Assembly: GCA_964016885.1 (NCBI GenBank)
Contig: OZ024742.1
Location: 295,244,001-295,308,000 of the forward strand
Direction of reading: 5' to 3'
DNA length: 64,000 bases
Source of the DNA: Eledone cirrhosa
Taxonomy: Eukaryota
Made by a program: the position numbers and the translations under genes. This document shows, one piece after another, positions 1-12,334 of the stretch (position 1 is the stretch's first letter; each line of letters opens with the position of its first letter). Below the pieces are notes generated by a model. It worked only from the letters and a program-made list of their open reading frames with translations. It did not search any database and was not told the DNA's origin.

Positions 1-265
1 ATAGTCAGGATCTGGAATAGCAGGAATGGCGTAGTCAGTTTCCAGTGTGTTCCGTGATGGAGTGTTGGAAGAGGGTGAAGCAGAGTCCATAAAGTGGCGC
101 TCAGGACCGAGTCCAGGCAGACTGACTCCACCCATTGGGCCAGTTGATTTGCGAAGATGAGTGTAAGCATTGTCTTTGGCACCAGCTCTCATGCTGGGGG
201 ACAGTAACTGCTGGCTCTCGTGGCCATCATGTCTGGTTGCACGAACAAGATCAGGACGGCGAGCA
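1..265 (-). CDS. Cadherin gene cytoplasmic-tail exon (runs off window start): (H)ARRPDLVRATRHDGHESQQLLSPSMRAGAKDNAYTHLRKSTGPMGGVSLPGLGPERHFMDSASPSSNTPSRNTLETDYAIPAIPDPDY...
   Basis: Pyrimidine-rich acceptor ...ttttgtag at 266-267; phase-2 start matches the upstream exon 9177-9260; 88 open codons; GC-richer than the flanking intron. Confidence 0.85.
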
Positions 266-489
266 CTACAAAAGAAAGAGTGAAAAATGAACAAGATGCA
301 GACATAGATTAAATAGTGACTTAAACAAAAATGGTCAGAAATAAATGGTGTAGGGAACTGTTCACAGACTTTAAAGTCCCTGTCCCTTAAAATAGATCAG
401 GGCTGGGAACCTTAGGAGATCTGAAAAACTTTTTTAATTTAATTATTTATTTACTAAATTTATTATTACTTTTATTATGACCTGGTCAA

Positions 490-718
490 GGCAGTGAATT
501 GGCAGAGTCCTTAGGGGCATCAGATAGAATACTTGGTGGTATTTGTTCCAACTCTTTACGTTCTGAGTTTGAATCCTACCATGGTCAACTTTGCTTTTCG
601 TCTTTCTGGGGTCATTAAAATAAAGTACCAGTCAAGTACTGGGGTCAATTTAATCAACCCGCTAAGGTAATACACTGGGACAATTGCTGGCCTTGTGCCA
701 AAAGTAGAAACAATTATT
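490..718 (+). mobile_element. SINE family A
   Basis: Homologous to 17516-17706. Confidence 0.8.
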
Positions 719-2138
719 AAGAAGCAAGGTAAATATTGCTCACCCTAAAATAATTTTTTATTTAAGTATTTAATTTTTTTTTTCTGTTTCACAGTTTCAT
801 TGACTACTAGACTTATTATTACAGTACTTAAATAACGATATTGACATTTTGGAATAACATAATAAATTAATATTGGTATAAATGTTTTCAAATCAGATTT
901 GGTTTTGAAAGAGATTGTATCACTACATGAGGCTACTGTCACTCAAATACACAACATTTTTTCATATCTGAAAGATTTTGTTTTGAAACAAATGATACCA
1001 CTGCATGTGGCTATGGTACCTCAAAAAACATATTCCTTTGCAGACCCTAGTATTTTTCATGACATACCACTGGTATTAATATTGTCCAATATATGAATAA
1101 CAAGAAATGACTAACTGGAAAGTGTAACTAGGTGAACGCTGGGAATTTATTTCTACATTATGTTAATGTTGGTACCATGATTAATACTGATGTTACAAAT
1201 AATGTCGGTGCCATGATAAAATATACCCAACACACTTTATAAAGTAGTTGGCATTATGAAAGGCATCCAGCTGTAGAAACTATGGAAAAACTGGAATGTA
1301 AGTAACAAAGATAACCATCCTGGTTTTAGGACAAATAAGGCCCTGTGCTAGTTAAGTTATGAGGCACTAAACATTTAAAAATTTCATTGTAAAAAATTTT
1401 TTAGCAGGAAGATGCCCTCCTCCCTGATCAATGGGGCCCTGTGCTTAAGTACACCTAAGCAGAATAGTTAATCTTGCACTGATCCTGGCTCATTTAAGAG
1501 GACAGTAGCTATGATTAGATACCGACTTGGTCTGACCTGTCCAACTCATGCTAGCAAGAAAAAAGTGAATGTAAAATGATAATGATGATTCTTTCTAGCA
1601 TTGGCACAAAGTCAGCAATTCTGAAGGGAAGGGAAAGTCAATTTGACCCCAGTGCTTAACTGCTACTTTATTTTATTGACTTCAAAAGGATGAAAAGAAT
1701 AGTTGACCTCAACAGGATTTGAACTCAGAATGTAAAGAGCCATGACTAAATGCTGCAAAGCATTTTGTCTGACATGCTAACCTTTCTGCCAATTTATTGC
1801 TTTCATGATGACATTGATGATGATGATGATAATGAGAATTAAGATAATGATGATGATGATAATGATGATGATGATGATAGTATATGACTATTTCAAAATG
1901 TTCCGGGTATTTAATGGTAAGATTATTGTTCTTGTAGCCTAACAGGAAGGTAGATAAGGTGTTAGAGAAATGAGGCTGGGAGGAAAGAGAAGTGTTCATT
2001 ATGAATTGTGAGAAGGGAGATACAGGGAAAGTTAGTGGAGAGAGGTGTGCATTGAATATGTTGAGGTGAGGTGATGCAAACAGAACTTGATGAAAGTATC
2101 GGAGAATGTTATAAAAGAGACAAAGGAATATTTTAGAG

Positions 2139-2296
2139 CAGGGTTTCCCAAACTTTTTCAATCGTGGAACCCTTTTTGGTTCAGAAACTTTTGGGGAGCC
2201 CCAAAATCTAATACTGTTATATGGTTGTAATACTCCTCTACCTTTTTTCACGGAATCCCAGACACTCTTTTGCGGAACCCACTTTGGGAACCTTTG
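2139..2296. mobile_element. hAT (Charlie-like) MITE
   Basis: CAGGGTTTCCCAAA / TTTGGGAACCTTTG termini; near-8-bp TSD ttttagag/ctttagag. Confidence 0.8.
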
Positions 2297-4784
2297 CTTT
2301 AGAGAGTTAGGATTTTGAAATGCAGTGTGTACATGTATCATGTGTGTGTGTGGGCATATGTTTAGTCCCAGATATATGTGTGGAGGCATTAAGATATATA
2401 TATGTGTGTGTGAGATAGGGAGAGAGAGAGTTTAAATAGATCTATTTTAGTGTTCAATATATTTGTAAGTTTTGGTTTATTTATTTTTCATAATTGTTCT
2501 AAAGCAATAAACATCTCCCAACACATGTTAAAGTCTACTATTATTTGCATAAATCAATTGACTTTATATAAATCTCCAGCATTTAATAATTAAATAATTA
2601 AATATACAGGCAGCCAACTGGAAACTTATAATAAATTGAAGTGAAAACCAACAGTTATGTATGTTTTTATTAGCAGCATGATCCCTCCAAAGTATAACTA
2701 TCTGAAAATTAATTAACAGGAAAACTAAGATACATGACTTAATGGTTAGAGTGTTGATCTCACGACTGAAAGGATATGGGTTTGAGTACCAGAGCAAGTA
2801 GTATGCTGTGTTCTTGAGCAAAGCACTTCGTTTCATGTTGCACTGGTCCACTCAGCTACAAAATGAGCACCAGCAACTGTTGGGGATTAACTGACATCCT
2901 GTCCAGTGATGGTGGGGGTTGGGGCAGGCTAGTACTCTTTATTGCTCAATTAAAATTGTTAAAGTCTGTCCCAAGCCTGGAGGCGCATTAGGCCAGAATT
3001 TATCCTAGTTTCCTGAAATGTTAAGAACTGAGAGCACAAGACTCAACCCTGGATTGCACGAGATGCAACCAGTCTATTACAAGGTTTGCTGATACTCATT
3101 TTCAGCTGAGTTGGACAAAGCAATGTGAAACAAAGTGTTTTGCTGAAGAACACAATGCACTGCCCTGATTGGGAATCAAACCCATCTCATGAGGTTCTAT
3201 GCTTGAAACAGACTTTTGAACCCTTTACATTTTGAGTTCAAGTATGATTTCATCCTGCCTGGATGAATAAAATAAGAGAAGTACTGGGGCTAATTGATTA
3301 TGCTCACTCCTCAAATCTGAGGCCTTGAGCATATATAAATTAATATATTAGAGAATACATTGAGTATTTCCTTGCAGACCTATGATCAAAATCACTCCAC
3401 TCAGGACGATCCGATCTTTTTGTATATCAGAGGATATACACTACATTATCAAGTGTATCCTTCTTTATTGAAGATGATAGGGAGTGGTTTGAAAGAGATT
3501 TATTTGTTATTTCTAGCAGGTGAAACAACCAGCTAGAGGCTTTTATTGGCCTATTTTCAAAAAGAAAGCATGTCAACAAATATAAATTTAAGAATTAAGA
3601 ACATATTTTGGGAGGCTAAACTTAAAAAAAACTAAAACAAAACAAACACAAAACCAAACAAAAACAAACAAAATACTCACAGCTTGTTGCCAAATTTCAT
3701 CAAAATATAAAATATATAATATAGTAATATGTAAGATAACTCTGAATATGCTATGTGTATGCAGTTTAGAATAGGTACACTGTATTGTTGCGTGTAATGA
3801 TGGGGTGACTAAAAGGCTTGACACTTGGAAGGGCATCCAACCATGAAGCATTGCCTCTGAAAGTACCTCATGATAGGTATGAAACCTATCATGAGTTCAC
3901 AGAAACTGCATAGTTGTTATTGTTGGGTATTTCTGTATATTAAATATAAATATTTGGGGGTTTTATCATAAATACTAGCTTATAAGATGATATTAACCCG
4001 TTTTTTTTCCCACCATATTTCTAATGAAATATGCTGTCAATCTATCTTAATTAATTTCAAAAATAATAAAAAATATAAATTTTTTCATTAGTAAATCAAT
4101 GATAGGAATATTATTTCTCAAACAAATCTTACATAAAATTATGATGGAAGGTTTTAATATAAGTATGAACACTTTAATCTTTTGCACTACTTATAATTTT
4201 CAAATCATTTTGAAAATTAATAAAACTTTGGAGTGATTTAATAATATAACTAATTTTCTAATTTTTAAACTGGTGTTTAGAACATAACTAAACAAAGGTA
4301 TTTACATAAAATTATGATGGATGGTTTTTAGATAAATATAAACACTTTAAAACAAACAGCTTTGTATCATAGAATCAGAGGTGGTTTGGTATCCAAAAGG
4401 TTAAAATGGGCAGTTTTATATCAGAGAACCAAAGGTGGTTTCAAGCAGTTTGGTATATGGCATAGATGTTACAGAGGAGGAGATTATGATAGTTATCAAA
4501 GGGGGTTGGTTGATGAAAAAATAAAAGAAGGGCAATTAGAAAAAACTATTAATTAATTAATCAAAGTTAAACTTATAATATTAACCCATTAGTGACCATA
4601 GTTCTAATGAAATATACTTGTTTCAATTAATTTTTGAAAATAATCAAGAATTAGGAGGGATTTAGTAAAATAAAATTATTTAGCTGATGTTTAGGATTAC
4701 CTTAACAAAAAGTTCTTACATAAATTTATAATGAAAGGTTTGAATTTAAATGATATGTTTGGTATCATAGAAATAGAAGTGGCT

Positions 4785-5065
4785 GGGTGGTTAAGAAGTT
4801 TGCTTTGCAACCACTTAGTTTTGGGTCTGATCCTACTGTATGACACATTGGGAAAGTGTTTTATACTATACCCCTGGACTAATTAATATGTATATTTGTA
4901 TGTCTGTCTCCAGGAATGTCCTCATGACACTGTTTAATCAAGCATTGTCATTTGTTTATACTCTGGAATGGTAACCTTCCATAGAATACTGCCTCAAAAA
5001 TGTCCAGTCCAAACCATTCTAGCATGGAAAAAGCAGATGTAAAAATGATGATGATAATGATGATG
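4785..5065 (+). mobile_element. tRNA-derived SINE family C ending in an RTE-like 3' tail (partial copy at 9420-9540)
   Basis: gtggttaagaagtttgctt head; ccattctagcatggaaaaagcagatgtaaaaatgatgatg tail. Confidence 0.65.
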
Positions 5066-5959
5066 ATGGTGGTAATGATAATGATGGTGATGGTGATAAG
5101 TATTCTAAAATTAAGGGCTTTGAAATATATATTTCATTGCTAATAATCATTGACAACATTATAATTTTGATAGTTGAAGGAATATTTGGTTCTTATGCAC
5201 TTGCATCCCTGGTCAGGTCAGACAAGGGTGGGAGTGGACAGATGGCATGGGTCTATGATTTGGATGGGCCTTGATGGCCTCAAGTTCTAAAATACTTCAA
5301 TAACAATTTGAAATAGGGCCTACATTTATCATTTTGCTGAGGGTAATCACCAGCTTTGTTGGGGGTCTACATTTTATATCTGGTATGGACCTATCACCAC
5401 TTTTGGGAGCCTATGTTTAACATCTGGGTACCTTTGCATGGGTTTGACTGCATTAAAGTATTGCAGAATATATTATTATTTAAAGTATCTTATTTTTACT
5501 GAAGAAAAGAAGCATCTCTTCAAGATCAGATATTTAACTTGTAATGAACAAAAATAAAAGTAGATTTGAATAAAGAGTTAGTGTTATAGTATATAAATTT
5601 AAGTCATTGTTGGCAAAATAAACATTACAAGTGATATGAAAATGGCATGTAAGTAGATTTAGTGATAATTTTTCTCTTCACAGCAGCAACATTGTGCAGA
5701 AAACAATGTTCTCTTTGAGAAGTTTTCAGCTCTCTTTCCCTGTTTACATAAGTTTGGTAAATTTCATAATAAAAAGGCTTCCTCCTCAATCTATCAGCTT
5801 CGTTTCAATCCTTTCTTCCAGGAACCTAAATACTATTAGGCTGTCTTGACTAGTGAAAATCTGGCACCATTGTCCTCCTTACACTAAAGTCAATGTTAAC
5901 AGATAGGGAACAGACTAAAGAACATATTGAAATGAAAACTATCACTTCAAATATATTAC

Positions 5960-5974
5960 CAAAATTCTGCCTTT
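5960..5974 (-). CDS. Candidate 15-nt cytoplasmic microexon of the cadherin (adds Q/R-K-A-E-F-C)
   Basis: Long polypyrimidine tract + cag|AAAGGCAGAATTTTG|gtaata; symmetric phase 2, no stop. Confidence 0.55.
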
Positions 5975-6683
5975 CTGAAAAAAAAAAGAAAGAAAAACTT
6001 CTATATAATATCTATTTAAAAGATGTTTGATAAAATAGAAAATAGAAATACATAAATTTAATTTCGATTCTTTGAAACTAAAATGTTCAGATTGTAAAAG
6101 GGACAAAAGTATTAAATATGAAATATAATGCTTATTTTTTACATGAAGAATATTTATTTGATATTGAAATATCTAAATTCTCCTCTCATAGGCCTCACAT
6201 ATACAAATATATGTTTGACTGAGCAGAAGTGCCTTCTAGAAGAACATGGAAGCAGCAGAGAAGACACTTAAATGACTGGGTGAAGAGAAGTGATCAGTGA
6301 GGTAAGTAGAATAATTATCTCACATAATATCGAATCTATGAGATTTTAATATTATTTATTTTGAGAACAATACCTTAACATCAATATGAGCAGCCAGTTA
6401 CAACTGGTTTGAGCAGAAAGAGGTGAAAGAATTCTAGCCAGATACGGCTGGTTTAAATGCTAAAGGGTTAATTAATTTTGGTCAGATCATCTAGATAAAG
6501 GTGTGTGTTGTAAGATCTGGAACATCCAATGACTCCAGGAAACTACACTGATGATATCTCCAACTATTTGCACCTGTATATCTATGATGAATTAAAAATT
6601 GAAACTGAAGAAAATTACTCAGCAACAATCCTTGAACAAAAGACCACATCTCTTTTGTATAAGGAATTGTATACTTCAACCCT

Positions 6684-7387
6684 TTCGGTACCATATTTCT
6701 AATAAAAAAAAACACTATCTGTAATCAAGAATTTGCAGAAATTAGTAATATAACTTTATTATTATTTAATTGGTGTTTTGGAACATAACTTATCAAATGT
6801 TCTTACATAAAATTATAAAGGAAGGTGTTTAGAAAATATATAAACATGTTAGAATAAATAGTTTTGTATCATAGAACCAGAATAATTTAAAGTGAATAGT
6901 ATAGTAAGCGTTAACCATATTTCTAACTGCCTATAACTTTCAAATAATTTTGAAAATAACCAAGAATTTCGAGGGATTTAGTAATATATTTAGTAATAAC
7001 TTTTTCTTCATTAAGCTGGTACTTTGGAATATAACTTAACAAAGGTTCGTTATGACAATGTTTTTTGTATCAACACTATAAAACAAAATGTTTTGTATCA
7101 TAGAACCAGAGGCAGTTTGGCATTAAATGGGTTAACCCTTTCATTACCATATTTCTAATGAAAGATACTGCCTATAATTTCCAAATATTTTTTTTAAATA
7201 TTCAAGAATTTTGAGAGATTTAGTAATATACCTAATTTTCTCATTATTAACTGGTATTTGGAGCATACCTTAACAAAAGTTCTTACATACAATTATGATA
7301 GAAGGTTTTTAGATAAAAACAAACACTTTTAAATAAACAGCTTATTATCCGAGGGAAGTTTTAGATGGAATGGTATCAAAAGTATTA
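6684..7387 (+). mobile_element. Tandem cluster of AT-rich approximately 260-bp TTAA-flanked piggyBac-like MITEs (further copies near 3995-4405, 4582-4780, 7890-8147, 11816-12487, 20450-20748, 40130-40370, 58876-59330 and 60008-60729)
   Basis: Recurring ttaaccc..accatatttctaatgaaa...cataaaattatgatggaagg...catagaaccagag...aaagggttaa. Confidence 0.7.
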
Positions 7388-7670
7388 AGATAGTAAATTG
7401 ACTTTTATTTAGTTGGGGAAAAAATATAAAAACACAAAATAATTGCTCAGGTCCCCCAACCCAGACTGTGATAACCCATCCAATCTATGACAGCATAAAA
7501 AAATAGACATATGAAGATACTGATGTTGATCATGATGATGATGATGATGATGATGATGATGGTGGTGATGATAATGATGGTGATGATTATTCTACTGCAT
7601 TGAATTTAATGTTTTTACATGAAAAGTAATTTGGTAGTAAAGAATAATATCGAAAACACACAGATCTCAC

Positions 7671-7691
7671 CTTTTCTGTTCATATTTAATC
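7671..7691 (-). CDS. Candidate 21-nt cytoplasmic microexon of the cadherin (adds Q-I-K-Y-E-Q-K)
   Basis: ttttacag|GATTAAATATGAACAGAAAAG|gtgaga; strong AG/GTGAG donor; symmetric phase 2, no stop. Confidence 0.55.
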
Positions 7692-8859
7692 CTGTAAAAT
7701 GTTCAACTTTAACATTAAATTTCAGAAAATAGATTAATTATACTTTAAAATGTCATACTCTCCTTAATTACCAGATTTTGTGTAAACATCATTTATAAAC
7801 TTATTGATTATTTCACAGGAAAAAATTAATTATTAACAGAACAAGTCAATCCTATGTTCTAGGTTTTATATTCAATACCATTTACAAAGTCAACCTTTTC
7901 ATTAACATATTTTTAATGAAAGAAACTCCCAAAGATTTTCAAATCATTTTGAAAACAACCAAAAATTTGGAAGGATTTAATAATAAAACTAACTTTCTCA
8001 TTATTAAGTTGGTGTTCAGAGAATAACTTAACAAATGTTATTACATGAAGTTATGATGGAACGTTTTTAGATGCAAGCATGGCGAAAAAAACAAATAAAA
8101 ACAAACAAAACAACTTAATATTGTAGAACCAGGTGTCAAAAGGGTTAAACACCCCACATAGTTTAAATTTTGTTTATTATTCTCTTATTTTAACCTATAT
8201 TGTCTTTTCCTGAGGAATTTGATAAAAAAATCTTAAGAAACTTTTTTTCAATGTTATGTTACTCTTGCATGTTACAGATGGTACTAAAAACCACTTGGAT
8301 GAGCCACACATGAAGGTCTGCTAAAGTTAACTAAAAAGACAGCTCAGTGAAGATTAAGATTGGCAGGTCACTGTGTGAGACATCCTGAAGAAATGGCTTC
8401 AAATCTGGTACTATGAAAGCCAATGAGAGACAAAACACTAACTTTACTAACAATTCTAAAACGATACTGGTCTGAAGATTGTATTAGAACTACAAATATT
8501 GATGGTAGAGCGAGGCATATGGCATGAGTTTGTTTCCCTGCAATAATGCTTCCACCATCTTGTATGCAGAGCACAGCTGAGATATATTGCCTAGCCAAGG
8601 GTGTAGAGTTTGTTACTTCCCCTTTTCTCTCTTCCTCTTTATTATTTTCTCCACATAGAACTAAATGAATGCATTACTGTAGAAAATAAAGGGACTTGGT
8701 TGAGTCTGATGATTGGCTCCTTTCCTTTCTAAATTTATTCTTTTATTAACATTTTATCCAGAAATAGTTGCTGACACAGCAGTAACAACATTCATCATGT
8801 CATCATCGATGGTTCTTTTTTTTATATCTGTATAATATAATATGTATGCGTGTAAGGGC

Positions 8860-8862
8860 ATA

Positions 8863-8951
<89 letters not shown>

Positions 8952-9110
8952 ATATATATATATATGTATATATATATATGTATAATATATATATGTGTAT
9001 AAGGGTAAGTATATATATATATATATAAATATGTACATATGACACATGCATATCACACACATTATATATATATATGTGTGTGTATGTGTATACATACATG
9101 TGTGTGTGTG
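8860..9110. repeat. (TA)n/(TG)n microsatellite
   Basis: Direct. Confidence 0.95.
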
Positions 9111-9176
9111 GTGGGTATGATGTGCATGTGTAAACTGTTGCAGCAGCATTCTGATTGAGTCAGCTGGTATACTTAC

Positions 9177-9260
9177 TGAGGTAGGGAATGTTTATCATGA
9201 ATAGCTTCATGGTATTGGTCCTCTTCTGGAGGCATCTGTCGAGGTCTTCGTTGTGTACGT
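9177..9260 (-). CDS. Cadherin juxtamembrane cytoplasmic exon: (R)[27 protein letters not shown]
   Basis: ttcag acceptor and gtaagt donor; 84 nt, phase 2/2; basic stop-transfer residues follow the TM. Confidence 0.88.
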
Positions 9261-9573
9261 CTGAAATAGCAGCAGCACAGTAAATTACAGACAGTTACCA
9301 GCCCTAACAGTGCTCAGTAAACAATATTTGAAATATACTATCATATTATCCAGGTATCTGGGACTTAAATGGGTGAAACATCAAGTGAAGAGAAAGATTA
9401 GGAAAAATAAAAAAAAATTAGCATGGCTCTGTGGTTAAGGACTTTGCTTCACAACCAGGTGGATGTAGATTTAGTCACACTGCATGGCACCTTGGGAAAG
9501 TATCTACTGCTATAGCCTCAGTTTGACCAATGCCCTGTCAGTCCTTAGAGATCAAAATTATTCCTATATGTCA

Positions 9574-10193
9574 TCTATATATATAAAACTGAGGATGTCT
9601 GTGTGTGTGTGAGTTTGAATCCCTAAAACCCGAGAAGTACCCAACCGATTTTTTTCAAACTTTACATGTGTATTACTTATGTTTCAGGGAGTGTTATGCA
9701 CAACTTATTGATCCCCCAGGGCCCGCATTAGTGAAAAACTGCATTTTTTCAGCGTTTTAGGGTTTTTTTTAGGCGTTATGTGAGACTGATTTCCTTGAAA
9801 TTGTAACTATGTATTAGTCAGTCTCTTCTTCATACCATGAGCAAAGAAAATCCAACTTTTTTATGGCCTAAGGCCCGCATTAGGTGAAAAACCTCATTTT
9901 TTCAGCTTTTTAGTGCTTTTTTGAGGCGTTACGTCTAGCCAATTTTCCCGAAATTTCAAGGCATATTATGTATATAAAAGAAATTCATTTTCTTGATCCT
10001 CTAGGGCCCGCATTAGGTGAAAACCTGCATTTTTCCTGCTTCATCGAGGAAAATCTTAAAGATTATCCAGCCATAGAGTATTCGGTTTATTTTCTTTACA
10101 TATTGTCCAGGAATGCAGTTTTTCCACAATTAGGTCTGTTGGTGGCCTGCGTTCCAAAATTCCTTATTCCGTGCAACTGGATACCACTGCTAG
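9574..10193 (+). mobile_element. Non-autonomous Helitron, shorter member of the same family
   Basis: A|TCTATATATATAAAAC...GGATACCACTGCTAG|T; homologous to 43207-43800. Confidence 0.85.
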
Positions 10194-11261
10194 TTTATCA
10201 TTAAAAATGTTGATTTTTTTCCCTTAAAGACAGTATAATGTGACAAGGAAGATTTGACTGTTATTTCTAGTAGGCCAAGTAACCATGTAAATTTTCCTTC
10301 ATTGGGTATTAATTAAGTTTTATTGTTAGCTATTAATTTGGCAGAGATGTTAGAACATTGGATATTTGTTCTGGATCTCTGTGTTTTGAGTTCAAATTCT
10401 ACTGAAGTCCACTTTGTTTATCATCCTTTTAGAGTTGATAAAGAAAGTAGCGGTTTAATACTGGTGCAGTCCTCTCTCATTTCAGCTGTCACATCCTGGA
10501 TGTTCCACTTGATTGAGGAGGGGAAGATCAAGAGGGTGTCTGTGTCTACTCACACATCATGGCCACATAAAATTCTTAGTTAAAACATGATACATACTAC
10601 CATGTCATACTTGATTGTGAGTGACAACTAGATTAGTTCCACTAAATGTCAACTGTAGCAGTTGACATTTCCTCAACTGCCTCTAGTCACTATGTATTGT
10701 ACATTTAAACATGAAAGCCTCTTCTAAAAAACAATCATTGGGAAATATTTTTTAAACTGTTGACATTATTTTTGGCAAAGATTTGGGTAAAATGACGACA
10801 TTTACAATAGTTTATGACCTTTATTCTTTTCTCCAGCTTTGTGAAAGTAGTGTCAATATATAGCCAAAACAGAAAAAGAAACACTGGTAAAACTACCAAA
10901 TCTACCATCAATAATTCATATATCTTGATAGTATAATGTTATGTAAAGAAGACTGAAGATTTTGTGAAACCAACTCACATACTAGAATTGGTAGAAGAAT
11001 TAGAGCAGTGCTTCTCAAACTTTTTTCTTACTCATGGCACAATTTAGAACAAGTAAAAATATTTTGGTGTTCTTTGTACCTAAATTCTAAAATTTATTCA
11101 AAAGAGGTATTTAACTAAGCATAAAGTAGAAATATAAATAATTAAAAATACTGAAGAATTATTTGTATTTCTTGTATAACAGGGATAATTAAAAAAAAGG
11201 AATCATGTCACAACCATATTAATCAGTAGAAACTTCAAAGATTGTGAAAAATTTGTATTAC

Positions 11262-11376
11262 CTTTTACATTGACATATAAGAAGTCCCAGCAATGAAAAG
11301 ACAACGAGCAGAACTCCAGCAGCAGCACCAGTTAGGATGGGAAATGGAATGGTTATTGTAGACCAACCATAACTAT
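11262..11376 (-). CDS. Cadherin transmembrane exon: (D)SYGWSTITIPFPILTGAAAGVLLVVFSLLGLLICQCK
   Basis: Hydrophobic run of about 23 aa followed by CQCKR; AG/GT sites; phase 1 in, phase 2 out, matching neighbours. Confidence 0.9.
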
Positions 11377-11663
11377 CTGTAATAGACAAGGTGTTAGAAT
11401 GTTATAATATAGACCAACTATAACTATCTGTCATAGACAAGGTGTTAGAATGTTATAATACAGACTAACTATACACTATTCACTTCCTTGACATTTGTAC
11501 ATTATTCTATGCACTTATACATGCACCTTTGATGAGTTGTAGTACACCTGAGCACTGTACACAATAATTTCATTATTATTATAACTATCTGTATTAGATA
11601 AAGTGTTAGAATATTATGATATAGACTAATTATAACTATCTGTAATAGACAAGGTGTTAGAAT
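11361..11663. repeat. 51-bp tandem repeat (about 4 copies) containing the TM-exon splice acceptor
   Basis: Unit agaccaactataactatctgtaatagacaaggtgttagaatgttataatat; acceptor AG copies at 11377, 11428, 11589 and 11640. Confidence 0.9.
11474..11580 (+). mobile_element. CR1 3' tail fragment inserted in a 51-bp tandem repeat
   Basis: Matches 15511-15610 (gtacacctgagcactgtacacaataatttcattattatt). Confidence 0.85.
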
Positions 11664-12057
11664 TGTTACTACTTGTAACAAACAAAATATTGGAATGAAG
11701 CTATTGTTTATCTTCACTTGGTCAAAATTACAAGAAGAAAGCACTAGAATAATCATTCTATATATGTCCATTTTTCCATGCTTGCATGGTACAAGCTTTC
11801 CTCCACTTGACTTTGTTAACATTTTCGTCAACATGTTTCTAATATAATTTTGAAAATAATAAGGAATTTGTAACGGTTTAGTAATATAACATTTTTTCAT
11901 TACTAAGCTGTTATTTGAAACAACCTCACAAAGATTCTTATATAAAATTATGAGGGAGGGTTATTAGATAAATATAAATCCTTTAATCCTTTTCTTACCA
12001 TATATCTAATGAAAGACACTCCTTGAGATTTTCTAATGAATTGGAAAATATTCAAGA

Positions 12058-12334
12058 CTGCAATGGTATGGACTGCAATGTGATGCGCATGGAGGATGAC
12101 CACTGGGTGAAAAAGTGCCAAGAAATCCAAGTAGAAGGAAGACACAGTAGAGGAAGACACAGTAGAGGAAGACCACGAAAAACATGGGTGGAGGTGGTGA
12201 GAACAAACCTCAGATCGCTGAAGCTCATGGAGGAGATGATGAAGGACATGACAAGTGGAGAGATGCAGTGCTGAATAGGACTCGTCCCACCCTTGCAAGA
12301 AGGGAAAAGTGGTCGTAAAATGATGATGATGATA
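12058..12334 (+). mobile_element. RTE family-2 3' fragment inserted in a piggyBac-like MITE
   Basis: VMRMEDDHWVKKC...GRPRKTW, (GAT)n tail; MITE sequence resumes after it. Confidence 0.85.

Noticed and set aside
1709-2389. 226-aa minus-strand ORF
   Set aside because: Runs through a hAT MITE, an (ATG)n microsatellite and a SINE; chance open frame.
8754-9149. ORFs rich in YI/IY (also 52594-52911 and 61953-62308)
   Set aside because: Translations of (TA)n microsatellites.
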